Shown here: positions 49,693 through 64,000 of the stretch, piece after piece
How positions within the stretch are numbered: the stretch's first letter is position 1
How the letters are laid out: every line of letters begins with the position of its first letter
Source of the DNA: Owenia fusiformis
Taxonomy: Eukaryota
DNA: 64,000 nt
Direction: 5' to 3'
NCBI GenBank assembly: GCA_903813345.2
Contig: CAIIXF020000001.1
Location: 10,912,001-10,976,000 of the forward strand
Notes under the pieces: model-generated
Seen by the model: only the letters and a program-made list of their open reading frames with translations
Database searches by the model: none
What the model was told of the DNA's origin: nothing
Made by a program: the position numbers and the translations under genes

Positions 49693-52600
49693 TTATATAT
49701 CAGGTGGTCTATTATCACCCATGATTAATGCATAAATTATCCAATAGACTACATTAAATATGAGAAAAGATATAGGGAAAACACGGCGTGATATTTTGTC
49801 TATTGTCCTAGCCTTGTGTTTTCCCTCTAAATCAGGCATTATAGCTGTATTGTTTCTTATACTTGAGTCATGTGGCATCGTTTCAATAACCTGAAATAAC
49901 AGAACAATATTCACATTAGTTTTTCAGTATTGATCATATTCCTGTCTGATAAAAGTAGATTTGTATGGAATCAGTAGACCTTGATTTAGTATTGAATACA
50001 GCATTAAAAATCATTAAAAATCTGTACCGCATATAATTACCTCGCCAGCTTCTGAGTCTTTTTTGTTCTTGCTCACTTTTCTTCGTATCATGTTTGGGCG
50101 AATACTTTTCACTTCTTTTCTAGACAGTACATTAACAACAGCAAATTCAAGTAGACTAGTGAATACAAAGAGTAAACACACAGACATCCAAACATCTATC
50201 GCTTTGACATAAGATACCCTGGGCAGGGAACTAGTGGCCCCAGTAGACTGGGTAGTCATTGTGAGCACAGTTAGCAGTCCTAATGAGACACGGGCTGGGA
50301 TTGCATCAATGTTTATCCAGAATGCGACCCAGGATAATATAACTATAAGTATACTGGGGATATAAATCTGGATCAAGTAGAAACCAATGTCACGTTTTAG
50401 CTCAAAGTTGACTTGTAGGCATGGATAGGCTCCTGAAAGGAAAGTGAATGTAAAGTAAAATTAAGTGCTGAAATGTTGATTTATTTCCTGTTCAATAAAT
50501 TATTAAATACAAATTCATACACTGAATTTAGAACATACTTTTACAATACAATTCCTGTATGTTATTGCTACTCATTCACAAAATGAATCTCCATATCAAA
50601 ACATTTCATGTTACATCTTATTGGAGTGCTATAACAATCATATTACCTAATCTTGAATAGTGAAAACCCATGTTGCAGTGATCTGAATAAAAGATTTAAT
50701 GTCTTCTCTTCATGCAAAAATGTTATCATTAAGCTTACTATCTTACTATCAGATACGGAAGTGTTGTGCCATTGCCTGATTTCAACATTTCTTTTTAGTC
50801 TTAGATAATTATATGAAATCAAAGGTGAAATAAGCATCTTTCTCACAATTCACAGATTATTTTATTCAAATTAAAAATGTGTAATAATATAAAAGGCAAA
50901 CATGTGCATCTTTCGTAATAATTAGTCATGCTTTGTGCTGCAAGGATACTAGCTCATAAACATCTATTGGTATGGAATCATGTCATGGAAAAATCTGTTA
51001 AGTCCATATTCTAAATCTATTCCTATACTAATGACTAATAGTATTTAACAGACAACAAACTGTTTTAAAGCACATTAATTTTTTGCATGTCTTCATTTTA
51101 AAACAAATAAAAAGTCATCTCAAAATGTTGGGATTGAAACCAAATAATTCCTTCACAATTCAGAATTCTATAGTGGCAGTTGCACCATTATATGAAAAGC
51201 ATTTTTTGTATATGTATCAAAATAATTCGCAAGTTATGGTGTCATATTGTTATGAAGGCATTCAATCTGCAATCCAATATTTGTTTTTATCTCAGTCTGC
51301 TTTGATATCACACAATTTAGCATAAATATAATTGATTGCTTATTGTATCAACATACATGTTGATCTTTTGAGACATTTGAGGTCTTTTAGTATAGAGCCA
51401 AATAATTTCACAAAAACGATGTACATGCATTCAGATAGAGTCTTATTATTTAGTGAAGGTAAAAAATGCTGTTTGATGTCCTCATTGAAACTGTTATCAT
51501 GTTATGTATCTTACTTTCAACATGTCTGTTATTGTTTTCAAAAACATGCACTACTAAAACATGTAAATTTCATAGATTAATCCATTTCATATCTTAGTTA
51601 ATAAAACATTCTAAGAACATATTCTAAGCTCAAAGTTAAATGTCATTTAGGATGACTTGAGAAAAATCCTATGGTGGACTTTTGGTTTTAAAAATGATTT
51701 CAAACCATTGTTAGAACACCATTAGTGGCCAGATCATGCTTATAAATTAACTGTTTGGCATTCTATATGTTGTGAAAGTAAAAAAGCTGGAGAAATATTA
51801 GATCTATTATGGATTAAGTAAAAAATATTCTACAACCCTAATGTTTCTCATTTTGTGATTTGTTAATACTTTCCCTAGGATTTGTGTGTGTAGTTTGATA
51901 TTATTATGCTGTTTATCCTACTTTTGTTAGCTGATCATTTTCAAAAAAGTAATTTAAATTTTTTTCTCGTAGATATGTACAAATAGCCAACATTTTGTAA
52001 GTGTTTTATATTTTTCTTTCTGTGTCATTTCAATAACAAATATCATGCTGTCAGTTAACAAACATTCTCTGACCAAAAAAGGATTTTCAAGTTATGTTTA
52101 GGAATCATTCACAATAACAGAAGTCCTCTGGTACAACAAACTTTGCGTACATACAGGAGCCAAAATAATGAAAACAACATCAATAGCAGGTAAACACTCA
52201 CAAATTGACATTAATAGTAATGGAGGGACACATATAAATTGTGCAATGGAAGAAGGATCTAAGAATGCATAAATAACCTGTAGAATAGTTTTGACTACAA
52301 TCTTTTAGATGAGCCTCCACCAGTCTGAACTGTGGCATTTCCAATGTACCGTCGTGCGCCACAGCTTTGTCCCACCAATTGAAATATATTGTGTCCATTG
52401 TATAGCCAACTTAATGATAAAAGTACAGATATGCAATGTGCAATTAAGAATCAACAATATTTAAGCACAGTAAAATGTGTACTCATGTATACTTTGATAG
52501 GATATAATCGCAATCATGACATGTTTTTATCCTCCTTGTTCTTTATGATGTAGGCATACTTTCTTATACTGATTTAAAATGATAAATCTGAACAGTCATG

Positions 52601-55600
52601 TTTACCATTATCTAAGTATACATAGTACAATGAACATGGTACATGTACTTATACAAATGGATATATTATCAATATTCAATGAAAGCACATGCAGGATTAG
52701 TTCTGAAATGATGATACTATGCTTCTTCAGGATATTGCCAGTTGTCCTCTCAAGTTTTTGAAGTCATGTAGTATAACAAACAGAAAGGGAGTATAGTTTT
52801 CCTAAAATATATAGAAGATTATCAATAGTTGTTCAGTGGGTTTGCATAGTATAGAGGTGCAGGTGGTACTACATACATGCCTTATATATTATGCACAATA
52901 ATAACATTGGGGACATGAATCCAAGTCATTAGTGCTACCTGAGCTATTTTCTTATTTGCCATATGAACCAAGTTCGAGAAAAGGGATGATATCACAAAAA
53001 ATCCTTTGATATATGTATTTTGTTTTATAAATCTGAAAAAGCAATAAATTTTACTGTAGTGCAGACTCAACTTCATGAAGTGACATTGGTATTGAGTTTT
53101 TAATTTTAATACTGATCATTCTACTTCATCAACCCCAAAATGTTACTAGAAGGATGGTTTTATTGGTTATATTTATTTCATTAATAATGTTAATCCCCAT
53201 AATCACCCAAGGGCATTATATATAAGAAGGATTTTCTTGTGATTTGGTTCATATACCAATTATTATGCAATAAAACTAAGAATGCCCAATAGGAGCTTAT
53301 CAAAATGGCAATTAAAGATAATTCATAGGTAGACTAATATTGCGCATTCTGTCTGTTTATTTGTTATGATGGTTTATACAGTGCACCTGTGTCCAGGTGG
53401 CAGTATAAAGCAATACATCAAGCACTATTTCCTCACACCATTCTGTTATATCCAAAGCCAAGTTAAGCTTGCATGCCAAACTCCTTAACAGATATATCTG
53501 GTTTACCTGTGGAGTAATTTTGAGAACAGTTCTTTCTGTGACTTTCAACTAGTTTAAACTGAGGCATTTCTAAGTTTTTTTCACGTTCTACAGCAGGGTT
53601 CCACCACTCAAATTTAATTGTATCCATAGTGTAACCAACTTGAAAAGAATCAACTCTGAGTTAGATTAAATGAGTCACAACTGTAGTAGAAGCAATGAAG
53701 TTCCTTGTACTTTGTTGTAGACAGTACTCAATATATAACTGCAATAACCAAGGTGCCATTAAGTTGTTACCACCAGGTGGCTAATTTGGGTCAGATAACA
53801 TGGCAGACCATGGCAGATCAATTTTAGTGAATCATAACTTAACAAATACTGTATAGACTGATTTCATTTTTTTAAAATCACCTACATGATTTCAGAAGTT
53901 CAAACCTGACTTTGAATTAAAGATTTGACCTTCAATGACCTTTTCAAGGTAATAAAAGGTATTTTTACAACTTGCTTCAAATTGACCAATTTTTTCAAAA
54001 TCATATACAAGTTATTAGAAGTTCAAATCTGACTTTAGAGAGTTTACCTTCAATGACCTTCTCAATGTCAAAAAAGGTTAAAAAGGTCTTTTTCAAATTG
54101 AAAATTTGAAAAATTCTTTTCAAAATCATCAACTTCCACAGTTCAAATCTGACTACAAACTTGACCTTCAATGACTTGCTCAAGGTCAAAAAGGTATTTT
54201 TTCATCTTGCTTCAAATTGACCAATTTATTTTTCAAAATCATCTACAAGTTCTCAGAAATTCAAATCTGACTAAGATTAAACGCATAATATTGTGAGCAA
54301 CTAGGTGGTGACATTTTGTCATATTAATGCCTTGTCAAAAACATATTTCTTATTGACTATTTCTACTTGCATCGAGTGTATTTCAACAATCAAATAAAAT
54401 GCATTATTTAGCTCAAATGATAATATTGAGTAATATTAATGTCTAGTGGAATATGTCTAGTGGAACATAGCTGAAAATATGTCTATGCTTCCAATTACAG
54501 ACGGACATGGGAGTAGCGCATGTAATGCACAGTACGCCTGTGCTTACTAAATGAATTTGAAAAAAAATGTTTTAAAATGCAATAATTTGTTTGCACATTT
54601 TTTGATGATTCTATATTTTTATATTTAACCATTAGAAGTTTCATCAGAATAGAACTAAACGCTCAAATTGCTTCAAATAAAAAATTCCCAAGAGAGCATA
54701 CCTGGACTCCCCAAGATGTGCCACCTTTAGCCACGCGATCAGACCTACACGGCGATCAGACCAACTCGGCGTACCAACTCAAAATATATTCCTACGACCT
54801 TGAAGAATATTGCCATTTCATCCTCAATGTAATAAATGTTTCAGGATGACCATTTGTGTATTGACATTCACCTTAATTTGAATGAAAGACTTTTCTATTT
54901 AGTAATGAGTTTTGAGACTATATTTTAGATATTAACATATGTCAAATAATGACAAGAATCCTATTGAAAAGATGATTTTCTTTGATTTTCATGACTCACT
55001 TTTTGGGGAGATGGGGCAAATTTAATAGATATATGGGAATAAAAATGTTAATTAAACAATGTTGATTCATGCATCATCAGATATACTAGATATAGTATAA
55101 TTAGTGGTGTTTTATGGTTAATATGCCCGTATTTTTAGTTCAAGGTCACTCTAGGTATTGGAGAGGTTAAAATATCTAAGGCATGCTTTTTACTGGGGAG
55201 GCTACTACAAGAATGAAAATATCAGTCAAAATGCATAGATTATGTCAAAAGTATATATGTATAAATTCAAGAGGTAAGATGGTGAATAACACAGCATTTT
55301 TTAGTGTTGAATATTACATTAACTATTTAAGTCTACTGTTATTTCTCAATTTCAATCATATTGACAATAACTGGCTTGTAAATAATCCTAATTCCATTTT
55401 AACAGAATCAGATATATGATTAACCATTTAAGTACTTCATTTTTAAACCAAAATTTCTTTTACAAAAATACCTTATTCACAACATCATAATATGCTATAT
55501 TTTTACAGAAATGTTTGAAATTAAGTTACAATTCACAAATTGTAATATTACATATTGTTTTACACATCCCTACTGTTTTACATGTGTTTCACTATCTAAG

Positions 55601-58600
55601 CCTATGTACATACAAATTGTGATGGTGCCAAAATAAAATTAAAAATCTAATGAAATAATATATTGTGCATACTTACACGACTCTATCATCATTGGACAAA
55701 ACTGAGTATCCAAAGGATACTTAGCAAGGTTCATTGGACAAGACAGAGTTGCAGTGATTCTGTAATATATTAAAATGCTCACATTCAAAACTCTATCAAA
55801 CTAAATCTATGTTTACAATTACACCTCTAAAACTGACTTTTAAAATGAAATAATACAAAATGTAAATTAAAGGAATTCAGTCTTGAACAGTAAAAATGAA
55901 ATTACATTCCCTAAAATATTTTGTTTGTTCTAGTGTATTCGGATAAGGTCATTAAGTCAAAATTGATAACTTTAGAATATAAGACATGCCTTTATACAAC
56001 TTAAGTATGGTTTAGAATAAAATCAGAGCAAATCAGAATTGGGATCAAATTAACGTTTGAATTCTCATTTGATACAAGCTAGGGTCTGTTTTCATTTCTA
56101 CAAACGTATGAACTAGTGCTTCTAATAGTTTTAACTTGCTAATTTTTATTCACATACACGTGTTAATTGACAGTGATATGGCTAAACTGGTTGCGTGACT
56201 ATTATACAATACTAAAAAATCTAATAGAAAAAATGAATATGTGACATGATCACAACAATGCAGTGATTATTCTTTGTAAATCTGATTTCCAACTTACAGC
56301 TCTCAATCATTAACGGGCAGAATTGAGTATCCATAGGGTATTTTATCAGATTCATAGGACATGATAATGTAGTTGTAATCCTAACAATAATACATATGAT
56401 AAAGTACATGATGATATGATAAAGTACAGTAACAATTGTCCAATGAAAAGTTCAGTGGCTCATTAACTAAATATTATTTGAAACTTTTTAAGTGGAACAC
56501 CTTTTAGGTACCAAAGGTATTCTACTCACACAGGATTTACTGTACATCTGAATTTTACTGTTATAAAATGTTTCTACATTTCAGGATTTACTGGTAGAAC
56601 AAAATTCTATTGAATGCGTATTTGGGCTCTCAGATACTGCATTAAATATTAGGAAATGCCACTATTGGAAATAAACTTACTTCATTGCATACCATATTCT
56701 TCCATCCATATAAAGTCTCATTAGTCTGTTTGGTATTGTCACTGAATGAAATTCAGCCTTTTTCTCATTTCGGAAAAAAAGATCTGGTACCCATATTTCA
56801 TCCCATGTACCATCTGGTAATTTGGTCATCTCAGTTTTATCGCTTGGGTCACCCTTTCCAAACTTTATGCGGGGATCATACCAGGATTGCCTGAGATATA
56901 TGTTGACTGAGTAATCCTGGAATATGTAGACCATTAAAAATGCTAGAAATGCTTAATGTTTAGAAAAGTACAGAAATGTCCAGTTAATCGTTAAAGTCCC
57001 CGTCTAAAGTTTAAAATTTTTTTTTTTCATTCATTTACTATTTGTCAGGACTTAAAAAGTGATTTTAGAGATTTTGAACAAAAAAAAAATTTTGAAAAAA
57101 AAGTTGTGAGCATTTCATTTCTCAAATATTCAAATTTCCCGCCATTTTTCAAAAAAAGTTGAAATTTCTTAATCATCAAATATTTCTTAATGGATTTCAA
57201 AAAAGATTATCTTTTTAACACCAATGCAAAGGTTGAACAAAGGACACACTATTTCAATAATAAAATGCCATATTTAATGGGCCACTTCAATGTTTTAACA
57301 TATCAAAAATATTTTGAAACATTAGTGATGTCACTAAGGTACCAAAAACTTTTTGAAAAAAATTCAAATTTCTTTTTCGATGTCAATCTTTTCTAAATAT
57401 GTTAGACTTTCATAAAAAACCAATGTTGATTGTCTAACCAGGTAAAAAGGAAGAATAAATTATGTTTTAAATATCTTTGTACCATTGGTTTCTATGAGAA
57501 CTAAAATTTTGAAATGCATTTTTCTCAGAACCATTTTCATGCACCGATAAGTTCAATTTTTGCTTGTTTATCAACCGATTTTCTATTTTTTCGGCAAAAA
57601 ACATGGGAGGATGAATGCTATGCATTGATATGAATTGTGGCTAATTAGAAGATATGAGTGACCTCTAAAAGTTGGTTTTAAATAAATTTACAAATTTTGG
57701 AACAAAAAGTCTATCAAAAAACACTTTTTGAAATTTAAAAAAAAAGTTTCACATATCACACTTTGATAACATTGGGTAAGACTACAATATAAGCCAAAGT
57801 GGTTTAAACTTTACATGGGGCCTTTAAGAAAGTTACTGAAATGTAAAATTATTTGATGTCCAATACATACTGGGGCAACAGTATCTTGTAAGGTTTGACA
57901 TAATTTTTTGAAGAAATTCCATTCCATGAATTATTTAGTAGCAATTCTTTACATTATATATTTGTATAGATTTTTATTCAAAAAAGATATACAAAAATCT
58001 TGAAACAGGGAGAATAACACCTTCAGTTTAACAAAGACTAGAAATACTGCCATTATTGGCAACATCAACAGTTAGGGTTGCATTGATTTAACATGACATA
58101 AAATGACCTAATTGTTGTGTATTCAATATTTTTGTTTAGTGGTTTATTAAATCAAAATGTTATGAATATGTATCATATTCACGGCCATAAATCGACAGAA
58201 TGAATTGAGGGATGAGGTGATGATTTCAACTAAAAAATTCAACAAATCTGCAAGATTTATTTTTTTCTTGAGAAAGTTTACTAATGAATTTTATAATGAA
58301 TAGGTGAAAAATATGCTGACATCGTCTTATATGATTTTTTTTAACTATTGCGCTTTTAAGGCTTAAGATCTATTTATAAAGGCGCAACGTCACTCTTTTT
58401 GCTATAAATCAAGAAGTGGAGATATACACAAGCTGTGATAAATCTATATAGAGCATCATCATCACAAAATATATGCGTTGTTGTCTTTTTGATATGAGTT
58501 GCATACAAAACTTTATGAAAAAATAGTGAAAATGATACAATGAATTGAAGGGGGATTAACAAAAAATCTCCACTCACTGTATTATTCTGATTTTTTTGAT

Positions 58601-60812
58601 ATTTTTTTATTACGTTATAACGTCATTTTTTAATTATGTATTATCTTAATAAAAAGTATTTTATCTTGTTTATTGAAAGCTATAACTTACCATCGTTTGT
58701 TCACTTATTGAATAGAAACTGTTTATGTAGATTCCTATCTTTACTTGAGTTGCAAGATCTGAAATCAGATAAAATGCATAATGGGAACAATCGTTTTCGA
58801 TCAAAGAATGTTTTGCTCAAGAGCATGGGGTTCAATAAATGTTAGATTCATTCCTGCCTAAGAAAATCTGTTTAGCTTTATCAGTTTTTACACGTCAACA
58901 TATCCTACATTCTAATTATTATAGCATTTAACGTGCATGTTATTATTTTGAGTTTCATTATATTAGTCAAACACACTTATTTATTCTTGTAATTGTTCAT
59001 CATTACACTTTCAGTTTCTGAAATTAGGAAAGATGTGTTGCACTATTATGTTTGTCCTTCACAAAAATTCAATAATCTTCATTAATTTCCTGGAATCTTG
59101 TTGGATTAGAGGTTATTAGGTGCCCGACCACCTATTTGGTCTTATAAGAATCTCTACTAATTTCTTAAATTAAAGGCTATTCAGACCTTTACCTTTAAAT
59201 TGCTGAAGCTAATGAAATAAAAAGGGTAGGATAGTACTTATTGAGTCTAAATTAAGTTAGCTTACATATTATTCAAGGGAAGATCAATAAGTATTGGTTG
59301 CTTTTTCACAGATACTTATACTTAGATTTCTTCATAAATGGTGCATCATCCAAATAATTCTTTCCAATCCAAGCACCAGTACTCTATATACCCTTTTATA
59401 TATCTCATAGTTATTTCCATTGTATGATACCACTAGTTCATGCATTTCATAATGACATGTTTTCATGGTATTTTAGTTTTTTCAGATGTCGTTCATGAGA
59501 CCTTCTCGTGGGAAAAAGGATTTTCCTTCACAATCAAAAAGTGAAATTAGCAGCATATGAATATGAATATGCTTAAATGAAGCATGTCAAAAATATGAAT
59601 ACATTTACAAATCAAAGTTATTACACCAGTCAACTACATTACATCTACATCATCTAATGCATGTAAAGGATGAATACATTTTATGATTTGATTTTCTTTA
59701 CATAGTTATACTTGTTTCTCTCAATCCTTTGTTTTATTCCACTCTCTTTGGGTTACATGAATGTTTTTCTTCCTCCAGAAAGCTATAGGTATCCATGGAA
59801 CGCATTTGTGCATTTAATGACTATTTGACTTGTTGAAGTAGGACTTTTGTACATTTTTGTTTGATAATACTTCACATAACATCATAATCAATAGAACATC
59901 TTCATTTCAAAGCCTCTATAATAGTTTATTGTAAAATGAAATGCATAGTACCATAACATGTATGCGTTTATTTATTCCTTTCCATGTGAATTGGAATGAA
60001 ATAAGGGCTTCACCAGCTGTTTCTATGTGTAATCACTTAGAAAAGAGGAATCAAACTTTTTTGATTTGTGGTAATTCTGCAATTTCTAAGTTAATTGAGT
60101 TATAATTTTGCAAAAGTTCTTTTTCAGTTTTAATAAATTTGGGTATTTTGTTAATCTTAATAACTTTGTCAAGATAGTGACTGAGGGAATAATATGGATG
60201 TTTTTTCCTATAAATATTGCTTCAAATATTTTACAAATGTCCCTTGGTCTTCTGGTCTTGGATTGTGATATTGGTTCTTGAATGGTGGGAGGAAAGGGGG
60301 ATTAGACATTGTTTCTTTTCACGTTAGATCATGGTTTTGGGCTATATGGGGTTTGTTTTTCTTGACTGGTATGCACTTAAAGTTTGCTTTTTCTTGCTAA
60401 GTTCCATTACAACTTTTGGTCCTTTCCCTTTGGCACTTGTGCTTATATATTTACACTCTTTATCCTTTGCTGCAACTTTAAACTATACCACTCATATCAG
60501 GGCCAAGCCAGGATCTCAACATAGAGGAAGTAAATTGAAATAAATGAGGCCAAAATTGATTTTTAAGGCATGGATTATACTTCATTTATAAGGTTTGAAC
60601 TGAACATGATGTAGCAAAAATAGGGTACACAATTAGTAGTAAATACAAAATGTATATCAATTAATTGGTGTAGAACATTGATTTTATGCATAGTGCATGT
60701 ATCTAATAGTATATTCTTTGTTCCATTGGGCTAATGCATAAACTACTTACCTCCATGTGGGGACTCTCGTTTGTCATAACCAGCTATCCATTCTCCCCTG
60801 ATTCTAATTCCT
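49693..60812 (-). CDS. Cys-loop ligand-gated chloride channel subunit (glycine receptor alpha / GluCl-like); signal-peptide exon not found in the window
   Basis: Exons 60812-60751 (GYDKRESP), 58758-58691 ([20 protein letters not shown]), 56916-56681 ([28 protein letters not shown]), Cys-loop exon 56380-56298 or 55759-55677, 52409-52278 ([19 protein letters not shown]), 50432-50041 (AYPCL, M1, PARVSLG M2, M3), 49890-49693 ([11 protein letters not shown]4, stop). Phases are consistent. The PAR motif indicates anion selectivity, and the second Cys pair in loop C is as in GlyR/GluCl. Confidence 0.93.
53765..54315 (+). mobile_element. Copy of the 45428-46055 Helentron-like family in a channel intron
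   Basis: Shared blocks ataactt.aacaaatactgt.tagactga, gaagttcaaatctgact and cataatattgtgagcaactag.tggtgacatttt. Confidence 0.65.
55677..55759 (-). CDS. Alternative Cys-loop exon B of the chloride channel (83 nt)
   Basis: ttacag|A ATC ACT GCA ACT CTG TCT TGT ... ATA GAG TCG T|gtaagt gives [27 protein letters not shown]. Confidence 0.9.
56298..56380 (-). CDS. Alternative Cys-loop exon A of the chloride channel (83 nt)
   Basis: tgttag|G ATT ACA ACT ACA TTA TCA TGT ... ATT GAG AGC T|gtaagt gives [27 protein letters not shown]. Confidence 0.9.
56995..57823. mobile_element. Kolobok-like MITE in a channel intron
   Basis: ttaa|AGTCCCCGTCTAAAGTTTAAA ... TTTAAACTTTACATGGGGCCT|ttaa. Confidence 0.7.
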
Positions 60813-63800
60813 CTGCAAGTGTAACATGATATTTTAATATCATTTTTACAACCAATTGGAAAATGATAAGTCATACAAATGGAAGATGTATTTTAATAAT
60901 ATTTTACAATTCATACATATTAAATATTATCTTGAATTTAGTGATATTTAAAATGATAACTATCTATGTTGATCAAAACATCTATCAAATGGTTTGATAC
61001 TGAACGCACTACAATAAACAAGTAATGTACAAGAAATCTGCAATGCATTGAATTTGATATAGAGTGAGGTGAAAAATCCTTAAATTGATTGTGAAGTAGA
61101 TATAAATCCAATACCAGAGTAAAATGGTTTTGGCTCCATTGAATATATTTTGTCAAATTGATTGACACTTCTCACAAATGGTATATTCATTGGAATCCGT
61201 GCATGCCACAATTTACAATACTCTAAATGTTCTAATATAATAATGTAAAGTAGATGCATGCATTGTTGAATATAACTGTAGTTTATAAGTGCATTAATGA
61301 GAAAGACATGGTAAAGATACATGAAGTCATAAGTGGAAAGATTGAATATTTCATTTTTCTTTTGTGTCAGCTGGAATATATCCATGCTTCATTTTTATGT
61401 AATATTATGAATTATAGATATGAAAATGATGATAATTGTTAGATAATGTAATATTTGAAAGACAAAGAACCCATAAACTAAAAGTTAAAATACAAACAAT
61501 CATATGTCTAAATATGATGACATTTGGAATTTTCTAAACTAATGTTGATCTTCTGTCATCAACATCCACTTACTTAACTTCCTCATCTCCAAAATGCTTT
61601 TTAGAGTTCCTGATGCATTAAAATAAGGACAGTCTCACTATATGTGCATTTACATTTGCATATGTGCATGTCTTTGCGATATTAGAACATGTCTTTCCAA
61701 GTAAAAACATATACAGTTATATACATATGTGTAGGATGGAGTATGTTATTATATTTTCAGTATGAAAATAATTATTTTATTGATTAAATTAGTTTGAAAT
61801 GAATAAATAATTCAATAATACATGTACACTGATTTTTTTTAAAATAAATAAACACAATTATAAAAAAACTGTATTTTAAGATAAATTAACAAATTTTTGT
61901 TTTTGGTAAAATTAAACACCTTTTTCAATTATTGTTTTACATATACAGAATTGCATTTCCAGAATTTGGGAAATGCATTTAGAAAATGAATAAAACCTTG
62001 CATAATACATGTATGATGTTAGTCATATCGTGCTCATTTGGTGTTTTTAAAATGGTTAGACTGGGCCTTAATTTTATAGTCCCCTTGATCCCTAAGTAAC
62101 ATTTATTCTAAGAAAAATAAGATGACTGAGTTATCAGAATTACTTGGCTTAGCACATAATTTGAGTTATGGGCATTCCAAGTCCAATCCTAATAATACTG
62201 TTTAAGCTAAATCAGACTTATTACATTGTGCTTTAACTTTTGATATTCTGTGTAATAAGTCAAATGGTATATTTAATAGTCAGGATTAATGGGAGAGGAA
62301 GGATGTGCTATGCGACGTAATTGCAACGGTTTTAGACATGTGCACATCATAAATAACACCCAAGAACTGTTAGCTGTCAATACAGGATCATAAATATGTC
62401 ATAGATGCAGAGTTGTGAATGATATGCATGCAAAAATCTCCAAAAATCAATGGTGCCCAGGGACTCATCTCACTGATTAGATAGTTCCATATCTATTAGA
62501 TTTTCTTCATTTAAAATTTCTTTTGGAGTTAATCTGTAGATGTGTTTTATTTTACATAATGAGGTATTCCCCTGGGTCTATTTATATCATGACTAAGAGA
62601 CACTCTGTCAAATAGAGAATTTTTCATCGGAAAACATTCTGCCAAAAATAAAATTCGTATGAAATTTAGAATACATTTGCAATAATCAATTAGCTTAAAT
62701 TATATTCCTTTTTAAATCTTAACACTGTGTTTCTAATTTTCTTTTTATCTTTTTATGCTTTTTAAAAATGAAATTGTAAAAACTGTGGGTTATAAAAAAA
62801 TTCTTCAATATCTCATAGAATGGCTATTGGATGGGTTGACATATCGCATACAACCGGAAAAGGTGTCAAGTTTTGTTTCTATGTATCTTTGAATAAGCAA
62901 CTCTCAAAAATGTCATCTCATGGATGTATACTTTTAACAGGGTCATTTTATATTTTTTGCCAGAAACAAACTTATTTTTTCCTGGCCTTAAGCTGTCTTT
63001 ACTGCTTATACCTTCATAAACTTTGGAATGTTTTTTAAATAATTAAGTGAATAGTTTTTACTATTCCTGGAATGGCATTGTTATCTGTTAAAATTAAAAT
63101 CATCCTGTAAAAATATACCAATGTCCATCTTAATGGTATTAAAATGGTATTTTCCCTAGGATTCATGACACTAAACTTTGTAAACAATGAATCAAATGCC
63201 TAGAATATAAATAAGATAAAAAGTAAAATCTCACATGAATTTGATTAAATTGTACTTTCACAAACAGGGAGCAATTTTTCCAAATTATACAAATGAATAT
63301 ATAAAATGTATTTCGAAGATTTTTTTAGTCTGAGCCTATATATTACCAAATTTAACTGCTTATAACTTTTATTATGGAAATAAATGATTTAATTCAGTAT
63401 TTTAATGGCAAAAATGATGATTTTGTTTTTCACTGCCATCTTTATGTCACAATCAAACTGAGAAATGAATCATGTAAAATATAATATAAAGAAAGGAAAC
63501 TTCAAAATATTATATTTTCCTCAATCCTCTCCCCAGGATTTCATCTCATCTGGGTGCAAAATTCTTATTTTCAAAATTTAGACCAAATTTGGACCAAAAA
63601 TGCCTATTTTCATTTGACATTTTTGATAGGGTGCAAATGGATTCTCAGGTGGGTGTATGCCTATTATTACAATCTCAAGTGGTTGCAGCAGCCAGTTGCT
63701 TTAATGCTGGACGATCACTGGACCTATTATGATACTTTCATAATATTTTAATCATAGCATTTTCATGTCAATAATGTAAGAATTTAAGAATTTAAAGATA

Positions 63801-64000
63801 AAATAAAACATTTAAAGATTTTTTTAAAATACATTATAGTATACAGCATTTCCAGTTTTAATCAAAATATTGAATATACACAGAAATACATAAAAGAAAA
63901 ATAGAACATCTTGTCAGACATACATATTCAAGTTAATATTTATAATTATTGTTTAATTCATTGCTTTTCAAAATTTTCTAAAAGTAATTGTTCATCCCGT

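Noticed and set aside
59952-61170. Further candidate alternative exons of the channel (59952-60016, ~60940-61000, ~61115-61170)
   Set aside because: Open frames with partly compatible phases, but no convincing similarity to the real exons; weak or missing splice sites or an in-frame stop.

Overview
AT-rich, intron-rich animal DNA, probably from a lophotrochozoan invertebrate (inferred from gene content and repeat types). Six genes can be assembled by hand from GT-AG exons. From left to right: the first coding exon of STAM (-), head-to-head with a complete 11-exon DCAF13/WDSOF1 (+, 445 aa); a secreted double-vWA gene (-, ~475 aa); a single-coding-exon Toll-like receptor (+, 772 aa); a second double-vWA paralog (-, ~508 aa); and a 5'-incomplete GlyR/GluCl-like Cys-loop chloride channel (-). 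The channel has two tandem, apparently mutually exclusive exons encoding the Cys-loop itself. Mobile DNA is abundant. It includes a 5.3-kb DIRS1-like element with identical ITRs and an ICR but a decayed interior, a 7.9-kb CAC-ended element with satellite-like arms and an L1/Tx1 fragment inside, a near-perfect 850-bp palindrome with a 5-bp TSD, and Kolobok-, hAT- and Helentron-like non-autonomous elements. Several short non-coding elements also share a DIRS-like architecture, with an internal copy of their fused ends. All calls were read by eye; no database search was run.
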